From: Squalus acanthias | Taxonomy: Eukaryota | Reading direction: 5' to 3' | Assembly (NCBI GenBank): GCA_030390025.1 | Contig: JASTWF010000070.1 | Span: 186,001 to 250,000, forward strand | Length of the DNA stretch: 64,000 bases | In this document: piece by piece, positions 1 through 13,294 of the stretch | Numbering within the stretch: the stretch's first letter is position 1 | How the letters are laid out: each line of letters begins with the position of its first letter | Made by a program: the position numbers and the translations under genes | The notes under the pieces: model-generated | Told to the model about the DNA's origin: nothing | What the model saw: only the letters and a program-made list of their open reading frames with translations | The model's database searches: none

Positions 1-120
1 CATCGACCTGAAACGTTAACTCTCTTTCTCTCTCCACGGATGCTGCCTGGCCTGCTGAGTTTTTCCAGCGTTTTCTGTTGTTATTTCGGATTTCCAGCAT
101 CCGCAGTATTTTGCTATCGT
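1..120 (+). mobile_element. Penelope-like element fragment abutting the end of an Ig light-chain C exon
   Basis: Same sequence as the repeat at about 26260-26380 (catcgacctgaaacgttaac...ttccagcatccgcagtattttgct); joins directly to the last C-exon codons. Family assignment is from recall of shark repeats. Confidence 0.6.
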
Positions 121-147
121 ATTAGCGCCTCCTCGTGTTCAGACTGA
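121..147 (+). pseudogene. 3' end of Ig light-chain (sigma-cart) C exon, cluster 1, interrupted by a repeat
   Basis: ATT AGC GCC TCC TCG TGT TCA GAC TGA (ISASSCSD*) matches the ends of the C exons at 10541 and 27984; followed by the same 3'UTR with AATAAA at 458-463. Confidence 0.85.
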
Positions 148-967
148 GGCGGTGCGAGTTGGCAGTGGAGTTTGATTTTTGCTTGTGTTTAATGTAAGGA
201 AACAGATCATTCGATGTGTGCAATCCGCCTTTTGTTGCAATATAATCGCTGTAGCAATTTCAGTTTTTGGTAAAGAACCCGAATGTTAAATAATATTAGA
301 AGAGAGCGAAATGATTGTCCAGCTTTGTGAGATGGAACTTTCTGTACAACTGTCCCCAATATCTTGTGTGTAAACTTTCGCTGTGTGTAGAATGGGGACA
401 GATTTCCCTTTAGTCTGTGACCATATTGTGATTGGGAACTTGTGTAACACAGCTCTTAATAAACGTGAAATGCTGCCACGAGCTTAAAGTTGTCCGTCTT
501 TACTCAGCGCTTAAAGGGACATTGAGTGGATTACATACAATGTACAGAACAAACAGGCCATTCAGACCAATCAGTCTATGCCTGTGTTTATGCTCCACAC
601 GAGCCTCCTCACACCCCTCTTCATCTCACCCCATCAACATATCCTTCTATTCCTTTCTCCCTCATGTGCTCCTGAATTCCCTGTTGGATTTCTTAATTTT
701 AAGTTCATGCTTCCTTGTTCTGGACGTCCCCTCACCGGAGTAGTAGTTTCTCTCTATCTACCCTATCAATTCCTTTCAAAATCCTAAATAACTCAATCAA
801 ATCACCCCTTAACATTCTATATTCCAGGGAATACAAGCCTAGTTTATGTGTAATCTCTCCTAATTTAACCCTTGGATCCCTGGTAACATTCTGGTGAATC
901 TGTGCTGAACTCCCTCCAGTATATCCTTTCTGAGATTCGGTGCCCAGAACCTGTACACTGTGCTCCA

Positions 968-1625
968 GATACTGGATTGTTGAAGAAGGGTGGGAGAGAT
1001 AAACCAGATAACTACCGGCCTGTCAGTTTAACGTCAGTTGTGGGGAAGTTAATAGAATCTGTCATTAAGGGTAGAGTGACTGATCACTTATGCAATTATG
1101 AGCTGATCAGAGGGGGCCAGCATGGCTTTGTTAAATGTAAATCATATCTGACTAATCCAATTGCATTTCTTGAGGAGGTCATTAATCAGATAGACAAAGG
1201 AGTGTCTATGGATGTTATATATATGGTCTCCCAGAAGGCATTCAATAAGGTTCCACATTAAAGATTATTGGCCAAGTTGAGATGGCATGGAATTGGGGGG
1301 AGACTTTTGATTTAAGTTGGAGTTTGGATGGGAAGTAGGAGACAGAGAGTCGGGATAAAGAGTAGGTACACAGATTGGCGGGATGTGACAAGTGGTGTTC
1401 CCCAGGGATCTGTTCTGGGGCCTCAATCTTTCCACTGTATATATTAATGAGTTGGATGAAGGAATAGAGAGTTGTATATCCCATTTTGCAGGTGGTGTTA
1501 AGTTAGGAGGCGCAGTAACTTGTGTAGATGGGAGGAACAATTTGGAAGGGGATATGTACAGGTTGTGGAGTGAAACGTAACAGATGTCGCTCAATGTGGG
1601 GGAGTGTGAGGTAATCCACTGTGGA
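968..1625 (+). mobile_element. CR1-type LINE reverse-transcriptase fragment (decayed)
   Basis: KKGGRDKPDNYRPVSLTSVVGKLIES...KAFNKVPH motifs with stops; paralogous copy at 11466-12125. Confidence 0.85.
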
Positions 1626-2399
1626 TCTACTTCTGTTCCGGTGCTCCTAGATCAGCAATTGGGGATTCTGAATATGGTTAATCATGCATGTGAAATGTCC
1701 AGAGAACAGCGGACAGAGGGTGTCGCCAATGAGCATGTGCAAGGGTGGTGGGGGAGGCGGGACTGCGAGTAGCATGCGTGAGCACCAACGAGCTTACATA
1801 TTAACCCTGTGTGCGTACGTAATAATCACACGTACTATGAACGTGCTGACGTACGAGCACCGTGCTTACCTTGCATAATTAAATAGATGTGCTTGTGAGT
1901 ACAATTGAGGTCATTCTCATAGCACTGGAGGTGGTAAATTTCTATAAGTGTACTGATAAATAAAGATTATTAATCTCTCTATCTCTTGAGTCCACCAGCA
2001 TTTATTAAAGTGAGGGATAATGATTATTCTGACACCACACATCACGTGGCTGTTTGATTTCCAAACCTTAAACTTCTGCAGATCGGTGCTGAGACCCCAT
2101 GTGTCACTTTGGCGCCCTAGCTTCAAAAGTGAAATTATTCCATTGCAGGCCATTCATTAAAGAGCGCCACGCATCATTCTGGGAGTAGATTACGAAAGAG
2201 ATTGCTAAACTCAGTCTGGTTCAGCTGCTCAATGAAGTATTGAAAGGGGACATCCTTCAGTTCGGAAAAGCACAGATAGTGAACGTATGGTCAGGGTCTT
2301 TGGGCTGGGCTGTGAACGAGGAACTGGAAGATAACTTATGAACTACACCCGGGGCAGCAAAAGAGGAAAAGATGAACAATTTCCACACAGTATAGTAGA

Positions 2400-3560
2400 T
2401 CGGTGCGAAAGACTCCCTGTGGACACACTTAGGCCGCGATATACCCGAACCGGGCGGGTCGCGGCCTCGCTGCTGGCTATATCCCGGCTTTCGACATGAC
2501 TTTCCCCTGTTTGGGCTTGTTAATCCCGCGCATCGAGTTTCCCGGCCAATTGACGGAAGCGGGTCTGATGACGTCATTTTATTATGTGTCATCAGCCGAT
2601 TTTCTTAAAGGGACCATGCGCAAATTTACTTTGACATTTGTGCTGTTCCTGTTCTGCAGCATTGAAGTGCGGCAAACATTGACAAGCACTTCACAGAGGT
2701 AGACGGCTGCACCTACGCTCTCCCATGACTCCCTCCAGAGCACGTAGGGACATTCTTTTCCCTTCCAAAGAGACCTCCACAGGAGACCAACGCAGCCTGG
2801 TTGCACAATGCACAGGAGGACACAAGCAGAGATATCGTCAAGAGGACCAGGCTTCAGTGGCGCAAACTTTTCAATGATCTCAGTAGAACACGAAACGTTA
2901 ATGCAAAGCCACTCTCAACCTTATCCTGATGTGCCACTCATCACATCCCCATCACTCTCTCTTCCCTGTCCTACTCCTGCACAGGCTTACTCACACCAAC
3001 TTACCTTGCACCTCCACCCATCCCTCTCTACCTATATTCTCTCTTCCACAGCTCACTAGCAAACCTTCACACTCATCCTCATCCTAGTTCAATCATATGA
3101 ACTAACAACACACAAGGGTTGGAACTTGTGTGTTTTAGCCGATGTTCATTTGAAGTATCTGCTAATGTGCTTAGTGGCTTAGTGAGTTGCAGTGAATGGT
3201 GAAACATAATCGTACCCCCCACCCCCGCAATGCTGATGAGTGAGAAAGGAATGGCTTGGGTATTGTAGGGATACTTTACGTTGTTGTTGTGGGGTGGTGC
3301 CAACCTGGAGCATTATGTGGCAGCCATATGGGTGTGGAGCGTCAAGTGAAGTAAATCTGGCCATGGTGAGGCCAACCCTGGCGTCCCGGTCAGCAATGTG
3401 GTCTGGTGCTGATGCCCTCTGTCCTGTGCAGCATCAGGTGATTGCAGAGAAGGTTGGTGTTGTTTTTGGTCAGGATCCCGCCGTCATCTCGCCCCCATGC
3501 CTCTTAGTGCACCGACAGCACTATATTAGATTAAACTTCAAATGTAATGTGACCATGGCT
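2400..3560 (+). mobile_element. PIF/Harbinger transposon relic with Myb/SANT-like ORF remnant
   Basis: About 2700-2900 reads AAWLHNAQEDTSRDIVKRTRLQWRKLFNDLSR, a Myb/SANT-like trihelix motif typical of the Harbinger DNA-binding ORF; paralog at about 12860-13990. Boundaries approximate. Confidence 0.6.
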
Positions 3561-5175
3561 CCTTTAAAGAAACAAAAAGAAAATACTGCAGATGCTGGAA
3601 ATCTGAAACAGAAACAGAAAATGCTGGAGATACTCAGCAGATCAGGCAGCATCTGTGAAGAGAGAGATGCTGCTTGACCTGCTGAGTATCTCCAGCATTT
3701 TCTGTTTTTGTTCCTTTAAAGATCCCGGCTGAAAACGCGTCATTAATGACGTCACCAGACCCGCTCCATCTCATTGGGCCGGGTAACGCGCTGGGTGGGC
3801 TTAATAGGCCCCATTAAGGTAAATTCATTTTCCACAGCGGGATGGAGCCAGCAGCGGGTTCGCGACCTGTCATGGCCACCGCCCGCACCGGACCCGCCCA
3901 GGTCAGCAAAGATCTGGCATTAACTCCAAAGCGAAAGGACAGTCCTGGAGGTGTGAATCCGGCGGATGGACACTCCTGTCACTTCAAGTGCTCCACCTGT
4001 TCGATTGTCCCGCAAATTTCTGAACATTTCAAATTTCAACTGCTGATTGCGAAACTGCATGGATCCCAATCTGTCCCAAGCCCAACTCTAAACCGCTCCG
4101 CCTCTCTCTGCACCTATAAGACCTTACTTGAAACCTACCTCTTCGACCAAGCTTCTGGTCACCTGTCCTAATATCTCCTTATGTGGCTCGGTGTCAAAAT
4201 TTGTCTGATTTACGCCCCTGTGAAGCGCCTTAGGACCTTTTACTACGTTATCGGCGCTGTATAAATGTAATGATGATGTTATGTTGATGCTTTGTAACCT
4301 ACATATAGTGCTCTTAGAATACGTTGTTGACCTAGCAATTCTTTCCTGAACCCAATAGGACCTGGGAGCTGTATTGGGGGATTGGCTCGGAATATGATGG
4401 GTGGGAGAGGGAGGGTCGGTTTAATATGAAAATGGGGTAACCCCACCCCAACATACTGCTTCAACTGCTGCCGCCATATTTAAGCTCTCAGGCGGGAAAC
4501 CTCATTGTAATATTTAAATCATGTTCCCACAGTGCAGTTGGGAGCCTGACTTAAATTTAACGGCTGCGAGCCGGGTTTCCCGGCGCTTGGGAAATCAAGC
4601 AGCGAAATCTCCCCTTAACTTTCTCTGCTCTAAGGAGAACAATCCCCGCCTCTCCAGTCTCTCCACATAAGTGAATTCCCGCATCTCTGGTACCATTCTA
4701 GTAAATCTCCTGTGGACCCTCTCCAAAGTCTTGACATAATTGTTAAAATGTGGTGCCCAGAATTGAACACAATACTCCAGTTGAAGCCTAACCAGTGTTT
4801 ATTAAGGTTTATCATAACGCCCTTGCTTTTGTTACCTATGCTTCTATTTTAACAGCCTTCTTAACTTGTCCTGCCACCTTCAAAGATCTGTGTGCCTGAA
4901 CCCCAGGTCTTTCTGTTCCTGCACCCACTTTACTAACTGAAATGGAGCTATAAACCCTGTCAACATGTTTGCAGAAAGGTGCACTTTACTAGTAATAATT
5001 AATAATTCTTCACGTTTCCTTCTTTCCATATTAATATCCAGTTCTGATGATTTAGTACATGTCCACTTCCACATTGCTACATTTCAGCTGCACAATTTAC
5101 TTCTACGAAAGTAGATGCGATGTGTTCAGCTGAATTATGGCATTAGGTAGCATGATAAATACTGTAAAAGCTATT

Positions 5176-5928
5176 GGCCCAGAAATTAAAGACGGAGCCT
5201 TCCTGCGGGGGTAAGGCTTCCCCGCGATATCTCACTGCGCGCCTGCCTTTTCCTTCCGAGCTCACACGAACTTTAGTTTCAAGGCTGCAGCTGTGCAGTG
5301 TGTGCGTATCCCACAGACGCAGTTAATTCGTGCGAGCTGTGGGATCACGTGATTCAGTTAGAGCCAATGGCAGCACACCATCTTTCATTCATAGTTTTGA
5401 CAGCAAGGGCTGTCAAAGCTATGAATCTATACCCCCCCAAAAGAACAGCTAAACCTCAATTAATTTTTTTTAAAAAACCATCACATTAATAAAATAAGTA
5501 TAGTTAAATAAATTAACCACTTTAAACAAAAAATTAAATTTTTGAAATTTTTTAAATCTTTTTAAAAGTTATAAAAATAAACTTACCTTTCTTTAAAGTC
5601 TCTAAAAAAGATATACCTGTTGAAAAAAAATTAAAATAATACTTAATTAACGACTTACCTTGTTAAAAGAGGGTCTTACGCCTCCTTTCTTTATGTGCAA
5701 AATCTTCCATGCTTACCTGCGCGTTCAAAGCACTAAGTGCACTAAAGTGCACTGCGTGCGCGCAGCCTGTAGCGCGCACGCGGTTCACTTAGGAACCTCC
5801 CCCTTTTGAGTTCACCAAGTGCCGGTTTTCAGCGCATGCGCAGTGCATGCAGAAAACCGGCAATTGGAGACAGAATACGCGAGAGTACACAGTGCGTACT
5901 CTCGCGTACTGAGACTAATTTTTGGGCC
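5176..5928. mobile_element. MITE, PIF/Harbinger-like, about 750 bp
   Basis: TIRs GGCCCAGAAATT...AATTTTTGGGCC, flanks ATT/AAT; empty site in the paralogous unit near 20560; second copy at 21061-21800. Confidence 0.75.
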
Positions 5929-6229
5929 AATAGCTCCTCTCGGTTATACCTAAATATGTAACAGTAACCTTTTTACTATCCTTGACACACTGCATTTTGC
6001 TGGAGGAATCACCCATCTTTTATCGGGAGAGTTTGCTGTAGTTTCGGTCATGAGTTCTGTTTGCTGTATTTCATAGCGGCTCTTTTTAAATAGACTCTGT
6101 AGACTCTTTGCTGTCATGAGCTGTTTAAATAGAATCTGTTTGCTGCGTATATAGAGTATGTTTGCTGTAAAATAGATTGTTTGCTGTGAATCCTGTCTTA
6201 AGCCCCGACCTGCCTCCAACAGCAACAAC

Positions 6230-6680
6230 CACATCAACTTTTATTTGTATAGCACATTTAATGACGACTGGACATCCAAACGTGCTTTAAAGCCAATGAC
6301 ATACTTTTTCAGGTGTAGTCACTGTTGCAATGTTGGGAACGCGGTAGCCAATTTCTGCAGAGCAACTCCCACAACCAGAAATGTGATCATCTGTTTTACT
6401 GATGATGCTTGAGGGATAAATATTGGCCTCAGGACACCGGGGAGAACTCCCCTGCTCGTTTTTGAAATAATGCCATGGGATCTTTTACATCCACCTGAGA
6501 GGGCAGACAGCGCCTCGGTTTAACGTTCCATCTGAAAGACGGCACCTCCGACAGTGCAGCGCTCCCTCAGTATTGCACTGGGAGTGTCAGCTTAGATTTT
6601 TGTACTCGAGTCTCCGGAGTGGGCCTTGAATCACCGAACCATCTGACTCAGAGGCGAGGGTGTGACAGACTGAGTCACAG
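6230..6680 (-). mobile_element. tRNA-derived SINE (Deu/SacSINE-like)
   Basis: Reverse-strand tRNA-like head near 6620-6680; related copies at about 32240-32870, 43230-44040 and 54990-55385. Confidence 0.6.
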
Positions 6681-6689
6681 CTTCAACGT

Positions 6690-7600
6690 AGCACGTTAAC
6701 GTATAAAAGCTCACAAAGTGCTTCACAGGAGCGTTAACTATCATGACACTAAACCACATAAGGAGGCATTAGGACAGGTGAACAGAAGCTTGGTCAAGGA
6801 GGAAGGTTTTAAGGAGCGTCTTAAAGGAGGAAAGGCAGGTAGAGAGGCGGAGACGTTTAGGGAGGTGGCAACTGAAAGCTCGGCCGCCAATGGTGGAGCA
6901 ATTAAAATCAGGGATGCTCAAGTGGACAGAATTGGAGGAGTCCAGAGATCTCGGAGGGTTGTAGGGTGGGAGGGGATTACAGAGTTTAGGAGGGGGCGAG
7001 GCCATGGAGGGATTTGAAAACAAGGATGAGTGTTTTGTAATCGAGGAACATCTTAACCAGGAGCCAATGTATCTCAACGAGCACGGGGTTATGGGTGAAC
7101 GGGACTTGGTGCGAGTTCAGACAAGGGCAGCAGAGTTTTGGATGACCTCAAGTTTACGGCAGGTAGAAAGTGGGATGCCGGCCAGGAGAGGGTTGGAATA
7201 GTCAAGTCTAGAGGTAACAAAGGCATGGATGAGGCTTTCAGCAGCAGCTGAGCTGAGGCTGGGCGGAGTCGGGCGATGTTATGGATGTGGAAATAGTGGT
7301 GGTGCGGATATGTGGTCGGAAGCTCATCTCAGCGTCAGATGTGACAAAAAGGTTGTAAACAGTCTGTTTCATCCTCAGCCAGTTGCCAGGGAGAGGGATG
7401 GAGTCCATGGCGAAGGAGCCGAGGTTGTGGTGGGGACCGAAGTCCATGGCTTCGGTCTTCCCAATATTTAGTTGGAAGAAATTTTTGCTCATCTAGTACT
7501 GGATGTCGAACAAGCACCGTGACAATTTAGAGACAGTGGAGGGGTCGAGAGAGGTGGTGGTGCAGTAGAGCTGACACAGTGTTGTCAATAGACACGCTGA
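6690..7600 (-). mobile_element. L2/CR1-clade LINE 3' fragment
   Basis: Minus-strand remnants MSKNFFQLNIGKTEA and LSSFKTLLKTFL; paralogs at about 21815-22520 and 56410-57380. Confidence 0.7.
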
Positions 7601-10212
7601 TCTTGGCTATCGTCCAATGTGGAACTATAGTTCCCAAGGTGCATTGCGCGGTGTAGCCAGTGCTCTGCAATGATTGGTTCTTCAGTCAACCGTGTCAGTG
7701 TCAGCAGTGACAAAGCTTTGGGGACCTGTGCAAGGTTGAGAGAGCAGCTCCAGTCACAGCTCCAAAGCCTATTTAATAATTCTAAGAGATCAGAGGAATC
7801 AGTGATCAGTTCAAGCGCAGAAACTGAACCAAGCACCTGGGCGTCACCGAAAAGCCCCTTGTCCAGGTGAGAACCAATCCCTGCTGCTCCGGCTGCTCCA
7901 GGGGGCGAAAATCCCTCCGGCCGCTCTGTGTGATTTTCTAAGGAACAGGGGAATAGCTAACTTCACAGTTACACAAATCAGATATTTATTAAACAAAAAA
8001 TATTATTCCTTTCACGCTAATATCTCGAGCCAACCCATTCATTTACAATTTGATGCATGTTTCTTTCGACATGAAGTTACTGACAGGAACCAGTTTTAAT
8101 CTGACTTTTAAAAACATGAATCAAGACTCTGTGTGGGGAGTTAGGGATTGACTGCAAACAGGGGAAGTGTTCAACATCACAGAGCCCCAGAAACAACTGA
8201 CCCCGCCGCTTAATAATTCAACTGGAACAGGGTTTAAAACGGGAGCTGCGCGCATTAATCGGACCCGCAGCAAATTAAAGGCAATGTGTCATTTTATTAA
8301 TATTGTGCCGAGTTTTATTTGTCCTCTTGAGTTTTAAATGGGATGCCACAGACTGTAATAGAACAACTTCTCTTTAATCGGGGCAGGCTGTAAAATGTCG
8401 CTTTCTTCCCCTCTTTCTCATTCATCTAATTCGCCCTTCACTCAGCCTCAGGAATATTCTCATCAGAAATGTATTTTCAGACTGAAGCCCAAGTTATATT
8501 TGTCAATTGAGACCCCAATTTTAAAGGGATTGACGAATCCAGGGTTGTCTTGCTGCTAATTTAGATAAAGGACGTCAGTCTATGATGAAATATGTATTTT
8601 AGGGGGAAAAAATTATTTTAAAATCTGATGCAGTATATCAGACAGTAACAGCTCGTTATCAGAACGATTCCGGCCGAAGTGCATCTCCTGGGATGATCTG
8701 TCGGGTCCCGCTACCGCCCAGCGTTGAACGGATCGCTCCTGGACCAGCGAGACTGAGCTGATCCCGAGAGAGAAATCATTTCACCCGCGCGGGGAGGAAT
8801 CCTTACTTACCTCTGTAGCGAGAATCTTTTACAACCCTTGTTCCCCCTTTACTAGAAATATCGAACAGTGAAAACCCTTCATCAAACCGGGGAAAAGAGA
8901 AGGCTGAGGGGTGGCCGAATAGAGGTCTTTACAATGATGAAAGGTTTTGATAGAGTGGATACAGAGAGAATGTTTCCACTTGTGGGGAAGAGCAAAACTA
9001 GAGACCATCAATATAAGATAGTCACCAAGAAATCCAATCGGGAATTCAGGATAAAATTCTTTACCCAGTGAGTGGTGAGAATGTGGAACTTGCTACCACA
9101 GGGAGTGGTTGAGGCGAATAGTATAGATGCATTTAAGTGGAGGCTAGATAAGCGCATGAGGAAGAAGGGAATAGAGGGTTATGCTGATAGGGTTAGATGT
9201 GGAAGTAAGGGAGGAGGCTTGAGTGGAGCATAAACGCCGGCATGAACTGGTTGGTCCGAATGAACTATTTCTGTGCTGTATATTCTGTGTAATTCGCTGT
9301 AAACCATTTACAATATTGTTAGACAGAGTCACTACATTAATTCCCAGCACGGATACAATGTCCTCTCTTTATTCAGTGAGCTCTTCAATACCCGGTAACA
9401 GACCCGACTCAATTATCATCGCCGCAACATTTAAAGGCGATCAGTTTTGAACTCGCAATTCGAAAAAAAACATGAATCGTAAAAAAAACTTACGGTATCT
9501 TATAGAATGATGCAGCACAGAAGGAGGCCATTCCGCCCATCGTGTCTGTGGCGGCTCTTTGAAAGGGCTGCATCAGTTTGAGATATCAGAACATATGTGG
9601 ACTCTCTCTGAAAAGCGGGTCACAGCTCCGTGATTTCACCGCTTTAAAGTTAACACTGAACGGGTTTTAAGACAATCAAACGCTTTATTATATTCAAGTA
9701 AAAAGCAAAAAAAGTGCAATTACAGGAAATTAAATAAAAACAGAAAATGCTGGGAATACACGGTCGGTCGGTCTGTGTCTGGAACGGGAACAGACAGGTT
9801 AGTGCGGTTCCGGGGGTGTAACCTGCACCTGAACTGGTCAGTTACTGATCTTTCCGCCTCTCACATGCTGACTGACCCGGTCTGTATTTCCAGCATTTTC
9901 TATTGTTATTTTACAAGAAAGAAAGGAAGACTTGTATTTCTATAGCGCTGCTCACGACCTCAGGACGTCCCAAAGCGTTTTACAGCCAAATAAATACTTT
10001 TGAACCAAGTTATTGTTGTAATGTGTGCAAGCGAATTGGCAGAGCAGCAAAGGAATTAGAGATTTAAGAATTTATTGGAACTTCTGTATTAATCAGTAAT
10101 TTATTTTAAAGTGAATGTTGTTCGGGGTTGTTTGGCGTCTTTGATTTCAGATCAGAGCGTCCCACTGCTGACGGACTCCATAAACTAATGAATTTTCTCT
10201 CCCCCCACACAG

Positions 10213-10541
10213 GCAGCGAGGATCGAAGCCCCTCGGTTCTTCTCCTCCCTCCCTCCTCGGAAGAAATCGGCTCGGGATCGGCCACTCTGTCCTGCTTGGT
10301 CAGTCGCTTTAAGCCGGGCTTGGTGCGGCTCCGCTGGTGCGTGGATGGCCAAGAGACAGACAGCGGGGTGACGACAGGCGCCGTGTCCCCGGACAGCGAT
10401 CAAACCTACAGCCTGAGCAGTTACCTGAGAGTCCCCGCCTCCGCCTGGAACAAGGGCTCCAGCTATTCCTGCAGCGTCAGCCACGGCTCCCTGAGCTCGC
10501 CTCTTCTCAAGACCATCAGCGCCTCCTCGTGTTCCGACTGA
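10213..10541 (+). pseudogene. Orphan Ig light-chain sigma-cart (type I) C exon, cluster 2; ORF intact but promoter, leader and VJ deleted
   Basis: cacacag|GCAGCGAG acceptor; SEDRSPSVLLLPPSSEEIGSGSATLSCLVSRFKPG...YSCSVSHGSLSSPLLKTISASSCSD*; C1-set with C-terminal interchain Cys; AATAAA 10854-10859; no V upstream (junction at about 8685). Confidence 0.88.
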
Positions 10542-11465
10542 GGCGGTGCGAGTTGGCAGTGGAGTTTGATTTTTGCTAGTGTTTAATGTAATGAAACAGA
10601 TCATTCGATGTGTGCAATCCAGCTTTTTTTTTGCAATGTAATCACTGTAGCAATTTCAATTTTTGGCAAACAACCCGAATGTTCAATAATATCAGAAGAG
10701 AACGAAATGATTGTCCAGCTTTGTGAGATGGAACTTTCTGTACAACTATCCCCATAATCTTGTGTGTAAACTTTCGCTGTGTGTAGAATGGGGACAGATT
10801 GCTCTTTAGTCTGTGATCATATTGTGATTGGAAACTTGTGTAACACAGCTCTTAATAAACATGAAATGCTGCCACGAGCTTAAAGTGGTCCGCCTTTACT
10901 CAGCACTTGAAGAGACATTGAGTGGATGACATAGAATGCACAGCACAAACAGGCTATTCAGCTCAATCAGTCTATGACGGTGTTTGTGCTCCACACGAGC
11001 CACTTCCCATCCTATTTCATCTCACCCCATTAACATATCCTTCTATTCCTTTCTCCCTCGTGTAGTTATGTAGCTTCCCCTTAAATATTTCTACACTATT
11101 CTTCTCAACTATTCCATATGGTAGTGAGTTCCACATTCTCAGCACTCTCTGGGTATAAAAAGTTGCTCCTGAATTCCCTACTGGAATTCTAAATTTTAAG
11201 TTTATGCTTTCTTGTTCTGGTCCCCCCCCACCGGAGGAGTAGTTTCTCTCTGTCTACCCTATCAATCCCTCACAATATCCTATGAACCTCAATCAAATCA
11301 CCCCTTATCATTACATATTCCAGGGAATACAAGCCTAGTTTCTTTAATCTCTCCTCGCAATTTAACACTTGGCTCCCTGGTAACATTCTGGTGATTTTAC
11401 ACTGAACTCCCTCCAATATATCCTTTCTGAGATGGTGTGTCCAGAACCTGTACACACCGCTCCAG

Positions 11466-12125
11466 AAACTGGATTATTTAAGGAGGGTGGGAGAGAGAAG
11501 CCAGGTCACTATCGACCTGTCAGTTTAACGTCAATTGTGGGGAAGTTAATAGAATCTGTCATTAGGGATAGAGTGAGTGAACATTTAAGCAAATATGAGC
11601 TGGTCAGAGGGGGCCAGAATGGCTTTCTTAAAGGTAAATCATATCTGACTAATCCAGTAACATTTCTTGAGGAGGTCACTAATCAGATAGAGAAAGGAGT
11701 GTCTATGGATGTTATCTGTATGGAATCCCAGAAGGCATTCAATAAGGTTCCACATTAAAGATTATTGGCCAAGTTGAGACCACATGGAATGGGTGGAGCC
11801 TTTTGATTTGGGTTGGAGTTTGGATGGGAAGTAGGAGACAGAGAGTCGGGATAAAGTGTAGGTACTCAGATTGGCGGAATGTGACAAGTGGTGTTCCCCC
11901 GGGATCTGTTCTGGGGCCTCAATCTTTCCACCGTATTTATTAATGAGTTGGATGAAAGAATAGAGAGTTGTATATCCCTGTTTGCAAGTGGTGTTATGTT
12001 AGTAGGCACAGTAACTTGTGTAGATGGGAGCAACAATTTGGAATGGGCTATGTACAGGTTGTGAGTGGAGTGAAACATGACAGATGTCGCTCAATGTGGG
12101 GGAGTGTGAGGTAATCCACTGTGGA
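11466..12125 (+). mobile_element. CR1-type LINE RT fragment (duplicate of 968-1625)
   Basis: Same RT motifs at the same position relative to the preceding C exon. Confidence 0.85.
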
Positions 12126-13107
12126 TCTAATCCTGTTCCTGTGCTCCTAGATCAGCAAGTGAGGATTCTGAATATGGTTAATCATACATGTGAAATGTCC
12201 AGAGAACAATGGACAGAGAATGTCGCCAATGAGCTGTGCAAGGCTGGTGGGGGAGGCGAGTTTACCTATTAATCCTGCGTGAGGACGTAATAATCACACG
12301 TACTGTGAACGGGCTTACGTATGAGCACCGTGCTTACCTTGCATAATTAAATAGCTGCGTTTGTGAGTACAATTGAAATCATTCTCACAGCACTGGAGAT
12401 GCTATGTTTCTATAAGTGTACTGATAAATAAAGACTATTAATCTCTCTATCTCTTGAATCCACCAGTATGTATTACAGTGAAGGATAAGGATTATTCTGA
12501 CGCCACACATCACGTGGCTGCTTGATTTCCATACCTTAAGCTTCTGTAGATCGGTGCTGAGACCACAGATGTTACTTTGGCGCCCTAGCTTCAAAAGTGA
12601 AATTATTCCATTGCACGCCATTCATTAAAGAGCACCACGAATCATTCTGGGAGTAGATTACTAAAGAGATTGCTAAAACCCAGTCTGGTTCCATTGCTCA
12701 ATCCAGTATTGAAAGGGGACATCATCCAGGTCGGAAAATCAGAGATAATGAACGTATGGTCAGGGTCTTTGGGCTGGGCTGTGAACGAGGAACTGGAGGA
12801 TAGCTTATGAACTACACTCGGGGCAGCAAATGAGGAACAATGAACAATTCCCACACAGTATAGTAGGTCTGTGTCAAAGACTCCCTGTGGAGACACTTAG
12901 ACCGTGACTTCCCCTAACTGGGCGGGTTCGTGGCCGGCGAGGTCGTTGGCGGGTCGCGGTCTCGCTGCTGGCTGCATTCCGGCCTCCGACATGACTTCCT
13001 CTGATTGGACTTGTTGAGCCCGCGCATCGAGATTCCCGGCCCATTGAAGGAAGCGGGCCTGATGACGTCATTTCATGCCGCGTCATCAGCCGGTTTTCTT
13101 AAAGGGA

Positions 13108-13294
13108 TGATGTGGAGATGCCTGTGTTGGACTGGGGTGGACAAATGTGAGAAGTCGCACAACACCAGGTTATAGTCCAACAGCTTTATTTGAAATCAGA
13201 AGCTTTCACCTGACGAAGGAGCAGCGCTCCGAAAGCTTGGTGATTTCAAATAAAGCTGTTGGACTATAACCTGGTGTTGTGCGACTTCTCACAA
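13108..13294. mobile_element. Short palindromic Penelope-derived insertion with 12-bp TSD
   Basis: TSD TTCTTAAAGGGA at 13096-13107 and 13295-13306; empty site near 2600; 53-bp inverted arms 13146-13198 and 13241-13293. Confidence 0.75.

Noticed and set aside
4528-7600. CACAGTG heptamers (about 4528, 5888, 7575 and paralogs) as RSS
   Set aside because: No ACAAAAACC-like nonamer at 12/23 spacing and no adjacent V or J segment.
7585-7870. ORFs open on both strands in three copies (also 22521-22922 and 59394-59721)
   Set aside because: Short, no recognisable domain or convincing splice sites, variable ends; explained by recent segmental duplication.
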